Both the position numbers and the translations under genes were made by a program. From Acanthaster planci (lineage: Eukaryota): a DNA stretch of 64,000 nt. The stretch spans positions 1,870,240 to 1,934,239 of the forward strand of contig NW_019091358.1 in the NCBI RefSeq assembly GCF_001949145.1, read 5' to 3'. Shown one piece after another: positions 1 to 13,850 of the stretch; within the stretch, counting starts at the first letter, position 1, and each line of letters begins with the position of its first letter. The notes under the pieces are model-generated. The model saw nothing but the letters and a program-made list of their open reading frames with translations, had not been told where the DNA came from and did not search any database.

Positions 1-159
1 AAGTTTCTTGTAGGATTAAGTAATGCTAAACAGTCTGTTTTAAGAAACTTACGTATTTGAAAAGAAATTTCTAGAAGAGTTGTAGGCTATAAAAGACGAG
101 CCTAGCAGACAAGGACAGGAGAGTGAGACACACACACCAAGAGAGATTCTGGAAGGCAA

Positions 160-590
160 TTCTACCGTACGCGGGCTGTGAGAAGTTGTTGACTTGTTGA
201 TTTCTGCACCATTTCAACCTGTGGTGGCGAGTCGTCTGTGGAGGGACACTTGTAAGAAAAGTTCGTTCAGACCATGGCGCTACTAAACACAGACCAAGTG
301 AAGTGCAGAGCTGAATTTTGTTCCGGAAGAGACAGTTTGTGAACTGAATCCAGTTTGAGTTTGTGGGATCATCAAGTCCCGTAGTTACGACGGTCATCAT
401 GCCCAAGCCCTTTCGTCTCGAGCCTGGTCGTTCTTATTCGACGTGGTCTTTGCCCTCGTTGCAGCTCATTTTTGCGCCGTCAAGGACTGAACTGTTTTTT
501 AGCCCTCTGTGGAATCCAGCATTCTTTGCTGTAGTGGCTACCAAGCTCTCGCCCGTAAGATCTACTGGTTTATATAGGATCTCTTCTTAA
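160..590 (+). mobile_element. Highly degenerate LTR-retrotransposon integrase remnant, BEL/Pao-like
   Basis: Frameshifted plus-strand pieces TRAV / EVVDLLISAPF / WWRVVCGGTLVRKVRSDHG echo the BEL/Pao integrase core (TRAVHLEVV..L.T..F...RRF..RRG....I.SDNG). There is no intact ORF and the boundaries are approximate. Confidence 0.35.
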
Positions 591-913
591 TTCTTTATCC
601 TTAATGTGAACTAGGTCCAATCAGCATTTTCTTTGTTGTCGTTTTCTTTTACATGCTACGTGTAACATTCTCATTAATCACAACTGTTTATTTCTTCCTT
701 ATATCAGCGTGATCTTGTTTGGTTTCTTTGTTGTGCATCGCAGAATATTCAAGTTTTACAATAATTACTATTCTTAAATAGTTCGGAGTTTTTTGGATCG
801 TAATATGAACCGTTTGCTTTACATGTAATTAACTGTGTACTGTCGAGAGGCAAATGTGTGCCCTGAGCTATGATCTGAGCAAAACAAAGCAAATCATAAA
901 TTTACTAGACAGC

Positions 914-1108
914 AACGGCGGTGGAACGAGTTTCAGAGTAGGGGGGCAGTTGTGAGACCATCAGCTATCAATATGCCCATCCATTATGCCCCACTCCATT
1001 ACATGACCGGCAAAAAGTTGGGGGACGGGCATGCCCCCCCCCCCTGTCGAAAGGTATGTGTGGAGGGAGGGGTATGGCCCCCCTCAACCTCCCCTGTTCC
1101 ACCGCAAG
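914..1108. mobile_element. Short MITE-like element
   Basis: Inverted ends GCGGTGGAAC (~917-926) and GTTCCACCGC (~1095-1104) enclose G/C-run-rich sequence. No clear TSD. Confidence 0.4.
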
Positions 1109-4065
1109 TGGTAGACGGGACGTGTTTGTTTTACTTACAAGCACAAGGTGGTCGGGCGATAACCATATGTGGTTTTTATGATGTCAGAGAATGTTGACGC
1201 ATGTCATAGAAAAAACCTTATCGATCTCATTATTTATGCAATATAACATCTCTGAAGTACAGTTACAACAATAAAGAATCCAACTGAAGAGGAAACTGAT
1301 CATCTTGAAATTCATCCTTTCAACTAATTCCTTGATGATAACATTGTGACTTGGAAATTTCATCAGATAATCTAACAAGTTGTTTTCTATTTGGAAGGAT
1401 CAAAAGTTGTCTGCAATCATCAAGCAACTGCAAAAATCTGAAATATATTGAACAAATATATTCTACGGGTACAGTCCACAGATGTTAATGAATGCAGTTT
1501 GGAAATAATAATTTTCAAAGACGCCACAATAGCAGGGACCATCTTTGGTTGGCCAACCGTACATACGCATGCACCAGTGCTCGCTAATTATGCGTTTGTG
1601 CTATAAGAAAGCAAGGCCTCTGAATGCAAGTATTACTCCAAATCTTTTCAAATACCTCCGAAAGCAACATGCGAACAGTACCTGATTGTTTTGTATTATA
1701 CCACTGGCCCAGGGACATTTGTCGCTGGAGTATGTGTTGTGACCGCTGTTCAATATATATCGCAGTCGCTAATTTCAGTGGAAGGTGTTTTTGCTCACAG
1801 TTGATGAATTTGGAAGGGAGTCACCCCAATTTTAGGGCAAAGGATTTACCTCTGATAAAGTGTTGTTGACTGCCGATTACAAAGTTGATGTCCAACACGG
1901 TACATGTACCAGAATAATACTTTTGTTACCAAACTCTATATCCAGCTGAGGGACGTTGTGCCACCCACACCAACCGATCGGTTGACATGACACTATTGTC
2001 TTGGTGAAATAATTACTGGTAAGGCTGATCAGGGACCATCTGTTGAATATTTTAATACGTGACGTACCAAGAAGCCAACAGAGTGCTAATTTTTTAAAAT
2101 ACAGACATTTAAAAGAAATCAAATCGCTAAAGGCTATGGTCCAGGTTCCTGGATATACAACTGTACATGTCGATGTGGGGGCTAGAAATAATCAGGGACG
2201 CCACCAAAATCAATTGTCTGATCCTGGATACTTTGCCGACTAATGAAAAAAAAAATAAAAAAAACTTTATTAGGTGATACTAGTCTTGATCAAACGGAAA
2301 CAAATTTGCGAAAAGGCTGATGTATACTAACCTCTGTCACAATTATGGCACCTAGTGTTAGTACTTGCACACTGCAGCTGTTGTCCTGAACTTTCATAAT
2401 GGTGGATTTGTATTATCAAAACATATAAGATTTAAAGATCACTCACATTCACAATTCCACTTTTTATGTGTGAGTGATCCTAGCTGTGAATTAAAAGAGG
2501 TCAGCCAATGAAAGCGACTTGGAATTGCTTTTACATCGACAATGTTGATCAGATAAGTCAAAGTGATGTCAACACTGGATCGTAGGGTAAAGTTGAACCG
2601 TCCCGATTTGCACCGGAGTAAGGTCCTGATGAATTTCAGGCAGATGGCCGCGGTCATTTGCCGAGAATGACATCTAACTTACTTTACCATCGTTTCTCTG
2701 TTCCTGTGCTATAAAGCCCCCTGTTATGGCCACAATGTCAAGAAACTCTTGGGGAATGAGAGCCGTATTATGACATCAAATCTCCCGATTTTCTGCCCTT
2801 CTCGAGATGAACTCGAAAATGGACGATTTTTTATAAATGCGAACAGAAGCTGCCACGTCAGTCATTATTTGAATTCAAATTTATTGATTTGTTCTTCAAG
2901 ACAAATCTTCAATTTACGTTGCTGACAGATTTCTGCTCGTTAAACAAAGTACACATTAACACAGGATACAGGCATATGTAGACAACAATGAATTAATAAT
3001 AAATACTGCTTAACAAAAAACTACGGATGTGTAATACATTATAACTTATCCACTGATATTATTCTGATTCGTTTAATGTAGAATCGAAAGATCTTGAATC
3101 AGTTCTCATTCATTTGTCTAATGGCAAATTGCTACGGAGGAGTTTGCAAATCGAGATGTCCTAGGTTTAATTGATTTCCAACGTCTTCCGCTTCTCCGTA
3201 AGTTTAAAATACATGTTGTTGTGATTCAGAGTTGTGATTCGGTCTGTACTAATTCATCTAGATCATTATTGCAGTTAATAATATTACTAGCTTGGTTTAC
3301 AACCCGTCTAAGCTTTTGCTGATCTTGCTCTCTAGCGTTGTTATACAGCATCACACAATCAAAAATAATAGTCCTTTTTTTTAGAACCCTCCGCTGCACA
3401 GGGCCGATTTTTTATTCTTAATGTTCGGACACCGTCATACGTGTATCAATTGAATTCACTGCACAGAGCCTACCTTTTACACCCACTGCACCAAGGTGAT
3501 CGTTTTGAGATCACTTCCGTTATAACCACAAAACTCTGACACCCCCAACACAATGAAACTACTCAGACAGCTGTCTACAGCTTAGAGACACATAAGAGAG
3601 ACCGACCATTGATATAAGACAGGCCCAGGCTTTCCAAGGCTTGCCCAGGCACTTTCTTTGTCAATAATCCCTTATCAGCACGTGGTTTAGATATTTACAT
3701 ACAATCCCCATGGGACTTGGCTGGAGGCAGGCTCTGGAAAAGAATTAAGAAGCTCAGGGGAAGTCCCTATGTTAAAGGTGACTAAACTAGGCTGTTCAGC
3801 ATCTACAGAGGTACAAATTAACAGGGGTTTTTTGCATTTGGCCGAAAAATTTTCTTTAATTACGTAATTAGGAAAAACTGGATCCCGAGTGTATCAAGTC
3901 TGATCTACGCAAGGTTTTCATGATTGATGAATAGAACAGATACACGATTCTTTCATTTAAATGATGTTTCATTTTTCTAAGGTAGTACATCTTTTTGTTG
4001 TATTTTGTAGACGTGGATCTCACTTTTTGTTTCCATGACAATTTATTGTCTATATCTGTCCCTAG

Positions 4066-4807
4066 CAGGGTTGATAAAAATCATGATTTTTTTGAAAAAA
4101 TTAAAAAAATCGGATTTTAAAAATTTAAATCACATTTTTTAATTTAAATTAGATTTTTTTTAATAGAATTTTAATAAGCCAAATAACAGTTGGGCCTAAC
4201 CATCGTGACCATTTGCTTGAAACACCCCGAATTCCCCAACTATTGGTACCATTCACATGTACAACACTCACTAGATGTATACTTTATTTACATCCACAGA
4301 CATACATGTAGATCACATGACATGTGAACTGTTTCTTTGCTATCGCTGATGTGGGTATTCTGACCATAGACAAAATGGTTTTATCTATGGTCTGTAAAGC
4401 GGGGGGGCATTTGCATACGTGTAGAATGTTATATAACAGCTAATGACAGTTGTTTATGTGCAAAAAAAATTAATGGTACAAAGGCAAGAGATTAATTCTG
4501 TGCAGGTATACATAATATAGGAACGTGTCTTGAAATTTAACATAGGCTACAAGAAGTACATGTAAATATGTAAACTGCTTCAGAATATGTCGGCCCCTAA
4601 TGTGTATTGCACATAAAATGATCAATTTGAACTTAATGAGTGCTTTCTTTGAAGTTCCTTCAGTAACTAACTGTTCTTTTTTCTTTGAAAAAAATCAAGA
4701 AATAAAATAGTGATTTGTATTGGTGATTTTTTATATTTTTTTCCATTGATTTAAATCATGATTTAAATCAATGATTTAAATCGACTGATTTAAATCAAAC
4801 GACCCTA
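4066..4807. mobile_element. Non-autonomous hAT-type element (MITE) with 8-bp TSD
   Basis: Ends are CAGGGTTG... and ...CGACCCTA, with subterminal GATTTAAATC repeats. A perfect 8-bp direct repeat GTCCCTAG lies at 4058-4065 and 4808-4815. Removing the element rejoins the LINE RT motif YLGT. Confidence 0.85.
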
Positions 4808-6095
4808 GTCCCTAGGTACCTTTAGTGATCCATATTTTCAATATGATCTTTAGCAACGTACACAGACCTGGCAATAGAATCAAAATTTTTCCTTTGTCTG
4901 AAATCAAAGACTATTTCCTTGGTTTTCTTTGCATTCAAGAGTAGGTAGTTTTCATTAAACCAGGACTCAAATGAATTGATAATCATTCTGTAGTCATGTT
5001 CATCTTCATTTTCAACCAACCTAACGATGAGTGTCACCTGAGTAAGTGTACAGACGGGACACTGCAGATGTAATCATTAGTGTACAGTACAAAATGAGTT
5101 GCAGACAGAACACAACTGCAGCCTTGTAAACTTCCGGTGCTAGTAGTGATTTCATTGGAAATGGTGTTGACTTTCACCTTCTGTGTCCGTTGGTGGAGAA
5201 AGTCGTGAATTCATAACACAATGGATGGCAGGGCAGCCCAAGTCGCGAAGTTTCTGAAGAAGTCTATAGGGCTCAATTATATAGAACGCAGAGGGAAAGT
5301 TGACGAAAGTTAGTTAGGGAGGACGTGAATGGTGAAACAGTCAGATTCACCAAGTGCAGGTCTGATGAGGGGCTTACATGCATCTTCCACTGAACAATAT
5401 AACTTGTCTAAAATGTTATTTCCTCTCGTGATGGAATCAATGTACTGATAGAAATGAGGTAGAACACTGTCCAAGTCACACTTGTTGAAATCCCCAAGTA
5501 TGATTATGAGGGTATCTGGCGATCACGCTCCCAGTTCATTCTCTTGATCCCGGATGATCCGGTTCGCAATATCTTTATCGGAGTCTCCCAGGACATATAC
5601 TAGAACAACGTGCACCTGGGAAAATTCTCTGGGCAAGTAGAATGGGCGAATGAGGCAAACATAAGTTCAATATCCTTGGAACAAACATTCAATGTGCTTG
5701 AATGCCAAATTGTTGCACCACTTTCTGTTTATATATAGAGGCACAGTTCATCTATACTTTCTTTTTATTTGTTTCATCCAGAAAACGATCTAGTCTCATG
5801 AAGTGAAAACCATTGATTTCCAAGTTATTTGAGTGAATGGCTGGTTGAAGCCAACTGTAATACACAGCAGACTGGAATTCCGGTCCTCATTTCGCTCTTA
5901 GTTTATGTTATTGCTTAGTGATCGTACGTTACTAAGGGTTATGGTCGATAGTGGCCGACGGTACCTCATGGCCGAGGTAAGCCCACGCTTACCTCGGCCA
6001 TGGGTTTGTAGCTCTATGCCTCGGCAATGTGAACTGCCCTTATCCCCCGGTATCTCTTCGGCACCCACATGGGGAGATGGGGGGGGGGGAGGCGA

Positions 6096-6175
6096 AGAAG
6101 CAACAATGGGCCCTCCGCCATGTTAAGCAGGGACTAGAAGCAACAATGGGCCCTCCGCCATGTTAAGCAGGGACT
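6096..6175 (+). repeat. Perfect tandem duplication, 2 x 40 bp
   Basis: AGAAGCAACAATGGGCCCTCCGCCATGTTAAGCAGGGACT occurs at 6096-6135 and 6136-6175. Confidence 0.95.
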
Positions 6176-9100
6176 GACATCCGTATTTAATACATGTAGT
6201 ATGCTGAGGTATGATTTCACATTGAATTTTGCGATTGTAAACCGAGCAGACCGTAATTACCCAGAGACTGGAAAACGACATTTGTCTACATAGCATGATG
6301 ATTGAGTCTATAGTACAACACGAACATGAGACTCGAAAAAAGCGAAATTTTAACGATGTTTGAAGACACAATCATAGAGCAGAAAAACTGTGTGCAGCCA
6401 GTCGCTACAGTGCAGCGCCCTCATCCAGTAACAATAATGACCAATTCCCTGTTTAGTTTTGCATAAAAGCAGTGTGAGTGATCTTTAAGAAGGCGCATAA
6501 GCGGTCTGCATGATCGCACTTAAAAATACCATTGATACTACAAAATGTATTAACTGCAAATACCAGAGGTTAACCTCTAGCGGTTAACTACTTAATGATA
6601 ATGGATCCTCAGCATGAGCATTTACTTCCACCACAACCACTACTGAGCAAAAACATGATTTTAAATCAATAATAAGCCAGTTTCCCATTCCGTCGCCAAG
6701 TTGATTTTAGCGCCCCCGTGCGAGTAAGTGAACAAAGCCAGAAGGAACAAACTGTCTACAACAACAACAATCACGAGCATCCATTCGCTAAACGTTACGC
6801 AACGTTTTGGTCATGAATTGTTTCCCTGTTAGGTCTTCTGAGCTTGCACACATGAAACGTGAAAAGGGCTTATTCCAACAATTAAGGGATGGGGAATAAA
6901 AAAGCCTGTGGATCGCTGTTGTCACGCATACTTTTCCGAGCCACATCCAATAACCTCACTAAGCGGCAATCTTGTGTACCGGTGACCAAAGGACACACAG
7001 GTTGCAAAAACGGCCAAACGTGCACTCAATGCCGTTTTGCTTTTATGTAGCGAAATCTCCCTCCACACTCAAACGATTCTATCCTTACTAACCAGCACCT
7101 CTGCCGGTGCACCACTGAGTTAATACATGGGGTTGTATTAGGTCGCGGTTGACGAGCCAGTCGCGTTCTGGTTGCGTCTCTTACGACTACATGTACGTCT
7201 TGGACTTTTGATCAAACAATGAAGAGCCACAGCCAGTGTTCGATACTAGTGGATTTTGTAGTCTCACATGGACGCCGCACGGTGTGTTGCCAACATAGCA
7301 GGCATAGCCTGCAACACACACCGTTGAAAATATTTCTTACAGGAGTTTCCTGGAGATATGCCCTACATACGTGTATTATCCACAAAGGACATAGTCATGG
7401 TGTCCACGATAAAGCGAAAAGTGTTACATTTATGTAAAAGTGATATTAAGTCGTTTTAAGCAACATCGCCATTTAATGTCCACAGACACCAGCACTAATC
7501 ACTGATATATCATAAAGTATTTTGTATCGATAACATTTAACCCTGAATTCTACACTACTGGAATATCAACTCGACTTTCGGTTAAGTAATGACTTGCTGT
7601 AGGAGAATGCGTGAAACAAATTTTAGTTCTTGGATCAGCCTTTTAGTTCAGTGCTGGCTTCACCTTTATATGTTTCAAATTCTTGGTAGAACTCCGGATG
7701 CAAGAATATCATGATTCTGTGTTTACAGGAACAGAGGAAATCAATGAATTTCACCGCTCAAAAAAAGGCTAGTGCTGCAATAGATGACTGAATAACAAAA
7801 TGGGTATATCAGACATCTCCTTTCCATCACAAAAGCTGTGCTGGCGTTTAGTGTTCAGCCCTGAGGGATATTAACTCATTTTATGCAACATCCTCATTTA
7901 ATGTCTAAGGGAGTGAACATACGTGAACATACAAATGCAATCATGCACGTCCTGCTAACTATACATGGGCAACAACAAAGATGTGCTAATCAGAGTAAAT
8001 AAGATGATTGTTGGCAGCAGCAATCTTGGTACGTTTCGAGTGATTCAACTGAGACTTCCATTGACAAAAACCTTACCAGGCATCCAAAGGGGAGGGAGTC
8101 GCGTCCACGGCACTTGCAAGGAAGTTTATTGTCCTTCCTCTTGTCTCTTCGTTCCTTTTCCCCTAATGCGTCTATCATTTTTTCCGAGGAAGGCAATTCT
8201 TCTGCCACGCCCACTGGTCAATCAAGCTTCCAACATACAGTGACCCAGTAGACTAAGCTGACCAAGGTTGCATACGTCGCAGACCTTGAAGAAAAAGAAA
8301 ACAGTCTTGCATCCAAAAGAGGTAAACACATATATCAGCTGTTTTGTAGTGAATGCTTTTAGTTTCTCATTCTATTGATATATAAACTGAAAAGGGGTTA
8401 TTTTCGAGAAAAAAAAAACAACTGCATGACTTCTGGAGATTTAAGTAGATATTTTTAGTGTTTGCATACTTTTCGGACGTCAAGATCACGCCATCAAATT
8501 TCTTTTAATACACATCCTGGCGAGCTCTAATTGCCATAAAAACAGGTATGTGAGCCCACCTTGCTCATTGGCTAACATAACAAAACGGTGTTACGATTAT
8601 TTTACCAAGTGCTAAATTTATATAGGTTCTTGTAAAAGGTTGATTTCAACATTGAATCGAACACAACTGCCTTGAAAAACTACTCTGTCAAATACATGTA
8701 ATTGGCATTTGTCAACAAGAGATTTTATAGAGAAATTTCAGTAAATTGTCATCTTTGTACACGTTTTAGGAGGGTGTTCTTGATAACCAGTATAAGTATC
8801 TTAATAAAGAACTCCCAAACTTTTAAAACGTTGTAAAGCCAGACAATTCCACAACCTCTAGTTTGCTTTTGGACAGACTGCCGAAAAGGCGTTCCTTTTG
8901 TTCTGATTTTGGCGACTATTGCATATAGTGCGGAAAAGCCACTCTTTTTGTGAAATGTAAGACACTTAACCCCGGACATGAATACAATCCCCTCGTTTTT
9001 ATTTTTACATCGTATTTAACAATGAGCAATGTCGTGGACCGACTTCGGCTTTGTTAAAATAAATTGGAGTTGAGGACAAAACTTATTACTGTACAATACT

Positions 9101-10964
9101 GTACAATACCCTGCTAATATACGTCAATAAATCCGACGAGGGGTTAGAGTAATTTGGACGAGTCAAAGCATGGCCTGTATCAGAAAATAAGGGTTACAGC
9201 TGCATTTTTCAGCAGTAAACTTAAAAATGAAAATAAAAACTGGGTGTTATTGAGATCCAGAGACACACACTTTAGGTCATAAACTCATTTTATGATAAAA
9301 TAATTAACCCACTGCATAATTTTACACCAAGACAGAAAAATAAGTACTTGACAATAACTCATATCAGAATCAGTTACCATCTTCACATAATGCTCAAAGC
9401 CAATGAAAATAAAATAACAGCCATAATTATTTTACACCCGAAATTGGAAGCCTTAAGTCCAAGCCAGAGGATCAGGGTCACATTTCAATTCTCCAATTCC
9501 ATGGCTCCCAGGTCTCTCTAATGAAGGTAATTTTGAGGAAATAACTCTTATTAATGAGCTTGCCAGACACAATTTGGGCTATCTACGGGGGATGGACCCT
9601 AATTGAAGCTTGACATACAATAAAAAATGTTAAATGCCATCAAAATCCACGATGAAAACGTCGAAACTGGTACAGAGGCGTGGTGTGTATTTCTCCGAAA
9701 CGAACAGGATAAGAAACAGAGACACTTTTGCTCAGCCCTGAACCCCTCTCACTTCACATAAACAACATAACCTCTCTTTACCAGCTGAGGGCGCTTTGCA
9801 ACAAGAAGACACAATTTGTAACCTGCTCTTAAAGAAAGATCTTAGAACAGTGAAAATGTTTTAGCTAAATTATCAACTTTCTGGTGTTAAACTTGCAAGA
9901 CTCGAATCTACATAGTCCAAATATTTTTGTCAAAAAGTGAACGGTCTCTAGATCTGTAGTGAATGACAAAGTAAATATATAGCCCATAACATTTAATATG
10001 TAAATGGCCCAAAAGAAAAACTGGTTTACTCTGACGTTTGTCCTTAAATTACATGTATATGACTGGTTTACAAATATGCATGGATGGTATAAACTGTTTT
10101 TCAAAGTCTTTCGACCACACTAGCACTTGGGGGTTTCAAAGTTGCATATCGAACTGCAACAGGTATGTTTCTGCTGCTTGTTGAATTCTGTGTGTCATTT
10201 TACCTTAAATTTTATCCCATTAGTCCTAACTTAAGACTTAATTTTGAGGCATTCCAAACCCGTCCATCCTCTAAAACATAATTGAACGTACTTTCGTTTT
10301 AATATTTCGCTGTGCAGCGGAAAATTTCCTTCTCCCTTTGTTTTGTAGCTTCACACGAACACAGATTAGTACCTGGATCATGTGCACTTTGCCTTCATTG
10401 CATCGCGTGGCGTCAGTGTGCTTACGTGATTTGACCTGTTTCTGTGCTACGCCACAGTGAAGTTCAGCATCATCCCAAGGTAGGGTATGTTATGTTGAGT
10501 TATCACACGCATCATCAACTTTCAGTTAGACAGTAACTCAGATGGTGAACTCCCGGTAAGGTACCGGTATTGATGGACTCCATTCACTCCTCTATCCCCC
10601 GTAAAGCAAGCTGAATCGTCTAAGAATTCTTCCATTACTCCCCTTCCCCATTAGTCCTTGGGTAGTGAGGTGGCGACAAATGAGAGTTCGACACAGCAAC
10701 TGCGAAGAAAGTTCTCAACCGCCGATAATTACAAATTCTCTTGGTATGTATACATAGAAAGAGAATTACTCTCTCATTGCAAGGGTGGGACCAAGCTGTT
10801 GAGAAGCTGGTTGATATGCAAAGTGTGTGCAGAGAAGCAGGGTCAGGGTGAGGCTACATAAGGCATTGGTATGTGGGAAAGTGTCATTAGTAGTCACTAC
10901 ACCACACTGTTCGCTCTAGTTTTTCCTCAGCTCACATATTCACGTAGTTTCACGCATGTTTTCA

Positions 10965-11310
10965 AATGGATACCAATTCCGCTGCGAGGTATTCTGAGAT
11001 AACTCTGCCGGACCGTCCCATATTAACCTTAGCCGGTTGTCTGCAATCTTGGACAATAAGCTTGACAAATTTAAGAGAGAGCTTTCTGAAGAATCTTCGG
11101 CCCAGCTTCATCCCACGGTAAAATGGGCCAAACTGACCCCAGCAGCGTTCAAACATAAGAAGGTTACAAACACCAAATCACACACAAGGAAGAGTTCAAA
11201 GACAAGTTTTAAGACTCAATCTCAAGTATGGATGCAGGGAAACTACAGAAAGCTAAAGATCTCCTGAAAGAAGGTATCTCCCTCATAGAAAGGCGTCAAA
11301 GACTGGTCTC
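10965..11310 (+). mobile_element. DIRS/Ngaro-like (tyrosine-recombinase retrotransposon) gag remnant
   Basis: LDNKLDKFKRELSEES..VKWAKL...FKHK, then after a frameshift LKEGISLIERRQRL. This resembles invertebrate DIRS gag (..F.KKGHE.QF..L.EG..LI..RQKLI.LAD). It is truncated where the 72-bp repeat begins. Confidence 0.55.
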
Positions 11311-13614
11311 TGCCTTACACCTCCCTCTCTAATTGCAGCAGTTATCGAAGAGATGCTTACTCTTTCCTCTCCCAGTGCAGCAGTTACAGATTCAGAAGAA
11401 TTAGAAAAGAAGCCATCAATGGTCTCTGGCTTAAAAGTTCCTCCCAAACCACAACATTTGCAGATGAAGAAGTAGGAAAAGAAAACATAACCAGTCTCTG
11501 GGTTGCACCTCTCTCTACTACTGCAGCTGTTTATACAGGGTATCCAAGAAACAACCAAACCCTGAGGACAGGGGTTATTATGCCCAAACCATGAGATATA
11601 ATTATAACGTATAAGCATCTCCGAAAAGTAGAAGCAGTATTCTTTCTAATGATACCTAGATGGTATCCCTCCTGTCATACATGATGACTGAACACAATTG
11701 TCTTGAAAGTGGGGCATCCAAACTCAGTTGTAACTCTTTGGATAAACCAGTGAATGAGGTTGTCCACTGTCATGCTTGTCCTGGATAAGATATCAGGGGC
11801 ACAGATGGCGAAGTAGCAAAAGAAGACAAGACTGGTCTCTGGCTAACACCTCCCTCTCACACCGCAGCAGAGAAACAGAATTGTGACAGTTATAGAAGAG
11901 CTGCTTACTCTTCCCTGTGCAGTAGTTACAGATTCAGAAGTATTAGAAAAGAAGACAGGAATGGTCTCTAGCTTACAAAATCCTCCCTAACCACAACTGT
12001 TACAGATGAAGAAGTAGGGGCTCTCTGGATTACCCCTCTCTCTACTCTTGCAGCTTCTTATACAAATGGAGAAGTAGCAAAAGAAGACAAGACTGGTCTC
12101 TGGCTAACACCTCCCTCTTACACCGCAGCAGAGAGAAACAGGGAGAGATTAGAAGACATGACTCGTCTCTGGCTTACACCTCCCTCTCCAATTGCAGCAG
12201 TTCTAGATTCAAAAGTAGGGAAAGAAGATACTGTATGCTTTATCTCTGGCTTACACCTCCCTCTATCACTGCAACTGTTACATATTGTAGCGTGGGAGGG
12301 CAACAGCAAAAGAGACAAGACTTTAAAACGAGACTTTGCCGGCCATTAACAATCAAGTTTTATTTAGAAAATCACCAAAATTATTAACTGCCTTTTCTAC
12401 AATTATTGGCTGGATTTAGGGCGGTTCATGACAAGTTGTGAAATGCAAACAGGACTTGGTGACTGGTAAAGAAATAAAACAAATTAACCAGAGGCAATTA
12501 AAACCAATCAACTTACATGAAAATCTCTCCAAACCCAGGCATGGCGAGAGCCTTGCCCTCCACAAGATGTTACCATACCGAACCCAACTGCTGGATTCCC
12601 CCAAAAATTCCAAGCACCTAGCTAGGTTTTAACTGGGCCAACACCCAGTGTAGGGAACCCAGACAAAGGAATTATGCAAATCAACAATGCAAGAAACCTA
12701 ACGGGTGAGGGATACTGGGTTTAGGCGTGCCCGCTAGAATTAGTAATAAAAGGATACGTGCAACGAAAGGGGTGGGATGACCGAATAGACTGGTCCACAT
12801 CTTCCTTAGAGGGGCAAAGCTATGGGTAGACTATACCATTGACGTACGGGCCCCCGATTTTACAACAATATGAAGTAAGAGGGAAAGGTGACATGATTGG
12901 TCTCTGACTTACCCCTCCCTCTCCCACTACAGCAGTTACAGACAGAGTAGTAAGGGAAGAAGACATGACTATAGTCTCTGACTTAAACCTCCCTTTACCA
13001 TTGCTGCTGTTCACAAACGGGGAAGAACGGAAAGAAGACATGACACGTATGTGGCTCACACCTCCTTCTCCAGTGGAAGCAGTAGGGAAAGAAGACAGGA
13101 ATGGTCTCTGGTTGATACCTGCCTCTCCCATTATAGCAGTAACAGATGGGCCAGTATGGAAAGAAAACATGACTGGTCCTCGGCTTACACCTGACTGTCC
13201 CATTGCAGCTGGAACAGATGGAGAGATACGGACAGATGACATGAGGGATTTTTTGCTTACACCTCCCTCTCCCAGTGCAGCAGTTACAGATTCAGAAGTA
13301 AGGAAAAAAACATGAATGGTTTCTATCTGGCTTATACCTCCCTCTGTAACTGCACTGCAACAGTTACAGACAGAGAAGTGGGGAAACAAGACAGGACTGG
13401 TCTCGGGCTCGCGCTGCCCTCCCCCACTGCAGCAGTGACAGATGGAGAAGTAGTGACAGAAGACATGACTGGTCTCTGCATGCATTACACTTTCCTCCTT
13501 CACCGCAGAAGTTACAGATCAAATAGGGGAATACATGACTGGTCTCCGGTTTACACCTTCCTCTCCAACTGCAGCAGCTGGGAAAGAAAACATGACTAAC
13601 CTGTGGGTTACACC
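11296..13614 (+). repeat. ~72-bp minisatellite array, left part (interrupted at ~11540-11800 and ~12320-12870)
   Basis: Consensus is approximately AGAAGACATGACTGGTCTCTGGCTTACACCTCCCTCTCCCACTGCAGCAGTTACAGATGGAGAAGTAGGGAA. Example units start at 13390 and 13462 (period 72). Confidence 0.9.
12322..12864 (-). mobile_element. Possible solo LTR inserted in the minisatellite
   Basis: A ~540-bp non-repeat insert with imperfect inverted ends (TTTAAAAC.../...ATTTTACA) and a minus-strand AATAAA near its 3' end (~12358-12363). No convincing TSD. Confidence 0.3.
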
Positions 13615-13850
13615 CATAGAGTTAGATATAATAATGACCTGGTGGGCGTACTTCCCATAACAAGCAACGCTTTGCTACTGTGCACCCATGGATCGCGAGC
13701 GGCCATAGCCAAACCGAGCAAATAGTATGCCAAGTACCCGGATGTTGTCGTTCACGTATACATGACGCAATTGCAAGTACAAGAAGGTTTGTGGTAAAAT
13801 TACTTTTAAAGTAAATTACAGTACCTTACTTAATTTTAGGCCCTACTGGC

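Larger units (their letters stand above)
2870..6420 (-). mobile_element. Degenerate Rex1/Babar-type non-LTR retrotransposon (APE endonuclease + RT), interrupted by nested insertions
   Basis: Minus-strand frameshifted motifs occur in the correct order: RRPLSTITLSNVRSLSN (~5910-5960), IRPFYLPREFSQVHVVLVY (~5600-5655), ILGDFNKCDLDSVLPHFYQY (~5445-5500), HDFLHQRTQKVKVN and LYTNDY (~5070-5210), LLLNAKKTKEIVFDFR (4895-4945), RYLGTDIDNKLSWK..MYYLRKMK (restored across the hAT insertion), LYNNAREQDQQKLRRVVNQA (~3290-3350), SGRRWKSIKPRTSRFANS (~3140-3195), and a 3' AATAAA near 2880. Stops and an internal RT deletion are present. Confidence 0.8.

Noticed and set aside
935..960. Polypurine tract plus TG as the LTR start of the BEL remnant
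   Set aside because: The G-run lies inside the small inverted-repeat MITE at 914-1108.
1184..2700. Possible decayed LINE RNase H / RT tail (YISDFCSCL, FSWI, NNEIDK)
   Set aside because: The similarity is too weak and fragmentary to support a call without a search.
11535..11800. Mariner-like element (TACAGGGTATCC start) in the minisatellite
   Set aside because: No matching right TIR was found; it is left as an unclassified insertion.
12820..13503. 227-aa repetitive ORF and similar ORFs at 11283-19000
   Set aside because: These are products of the 72-bp minisatellite; frames break between units and there is no consistent splice or start context.
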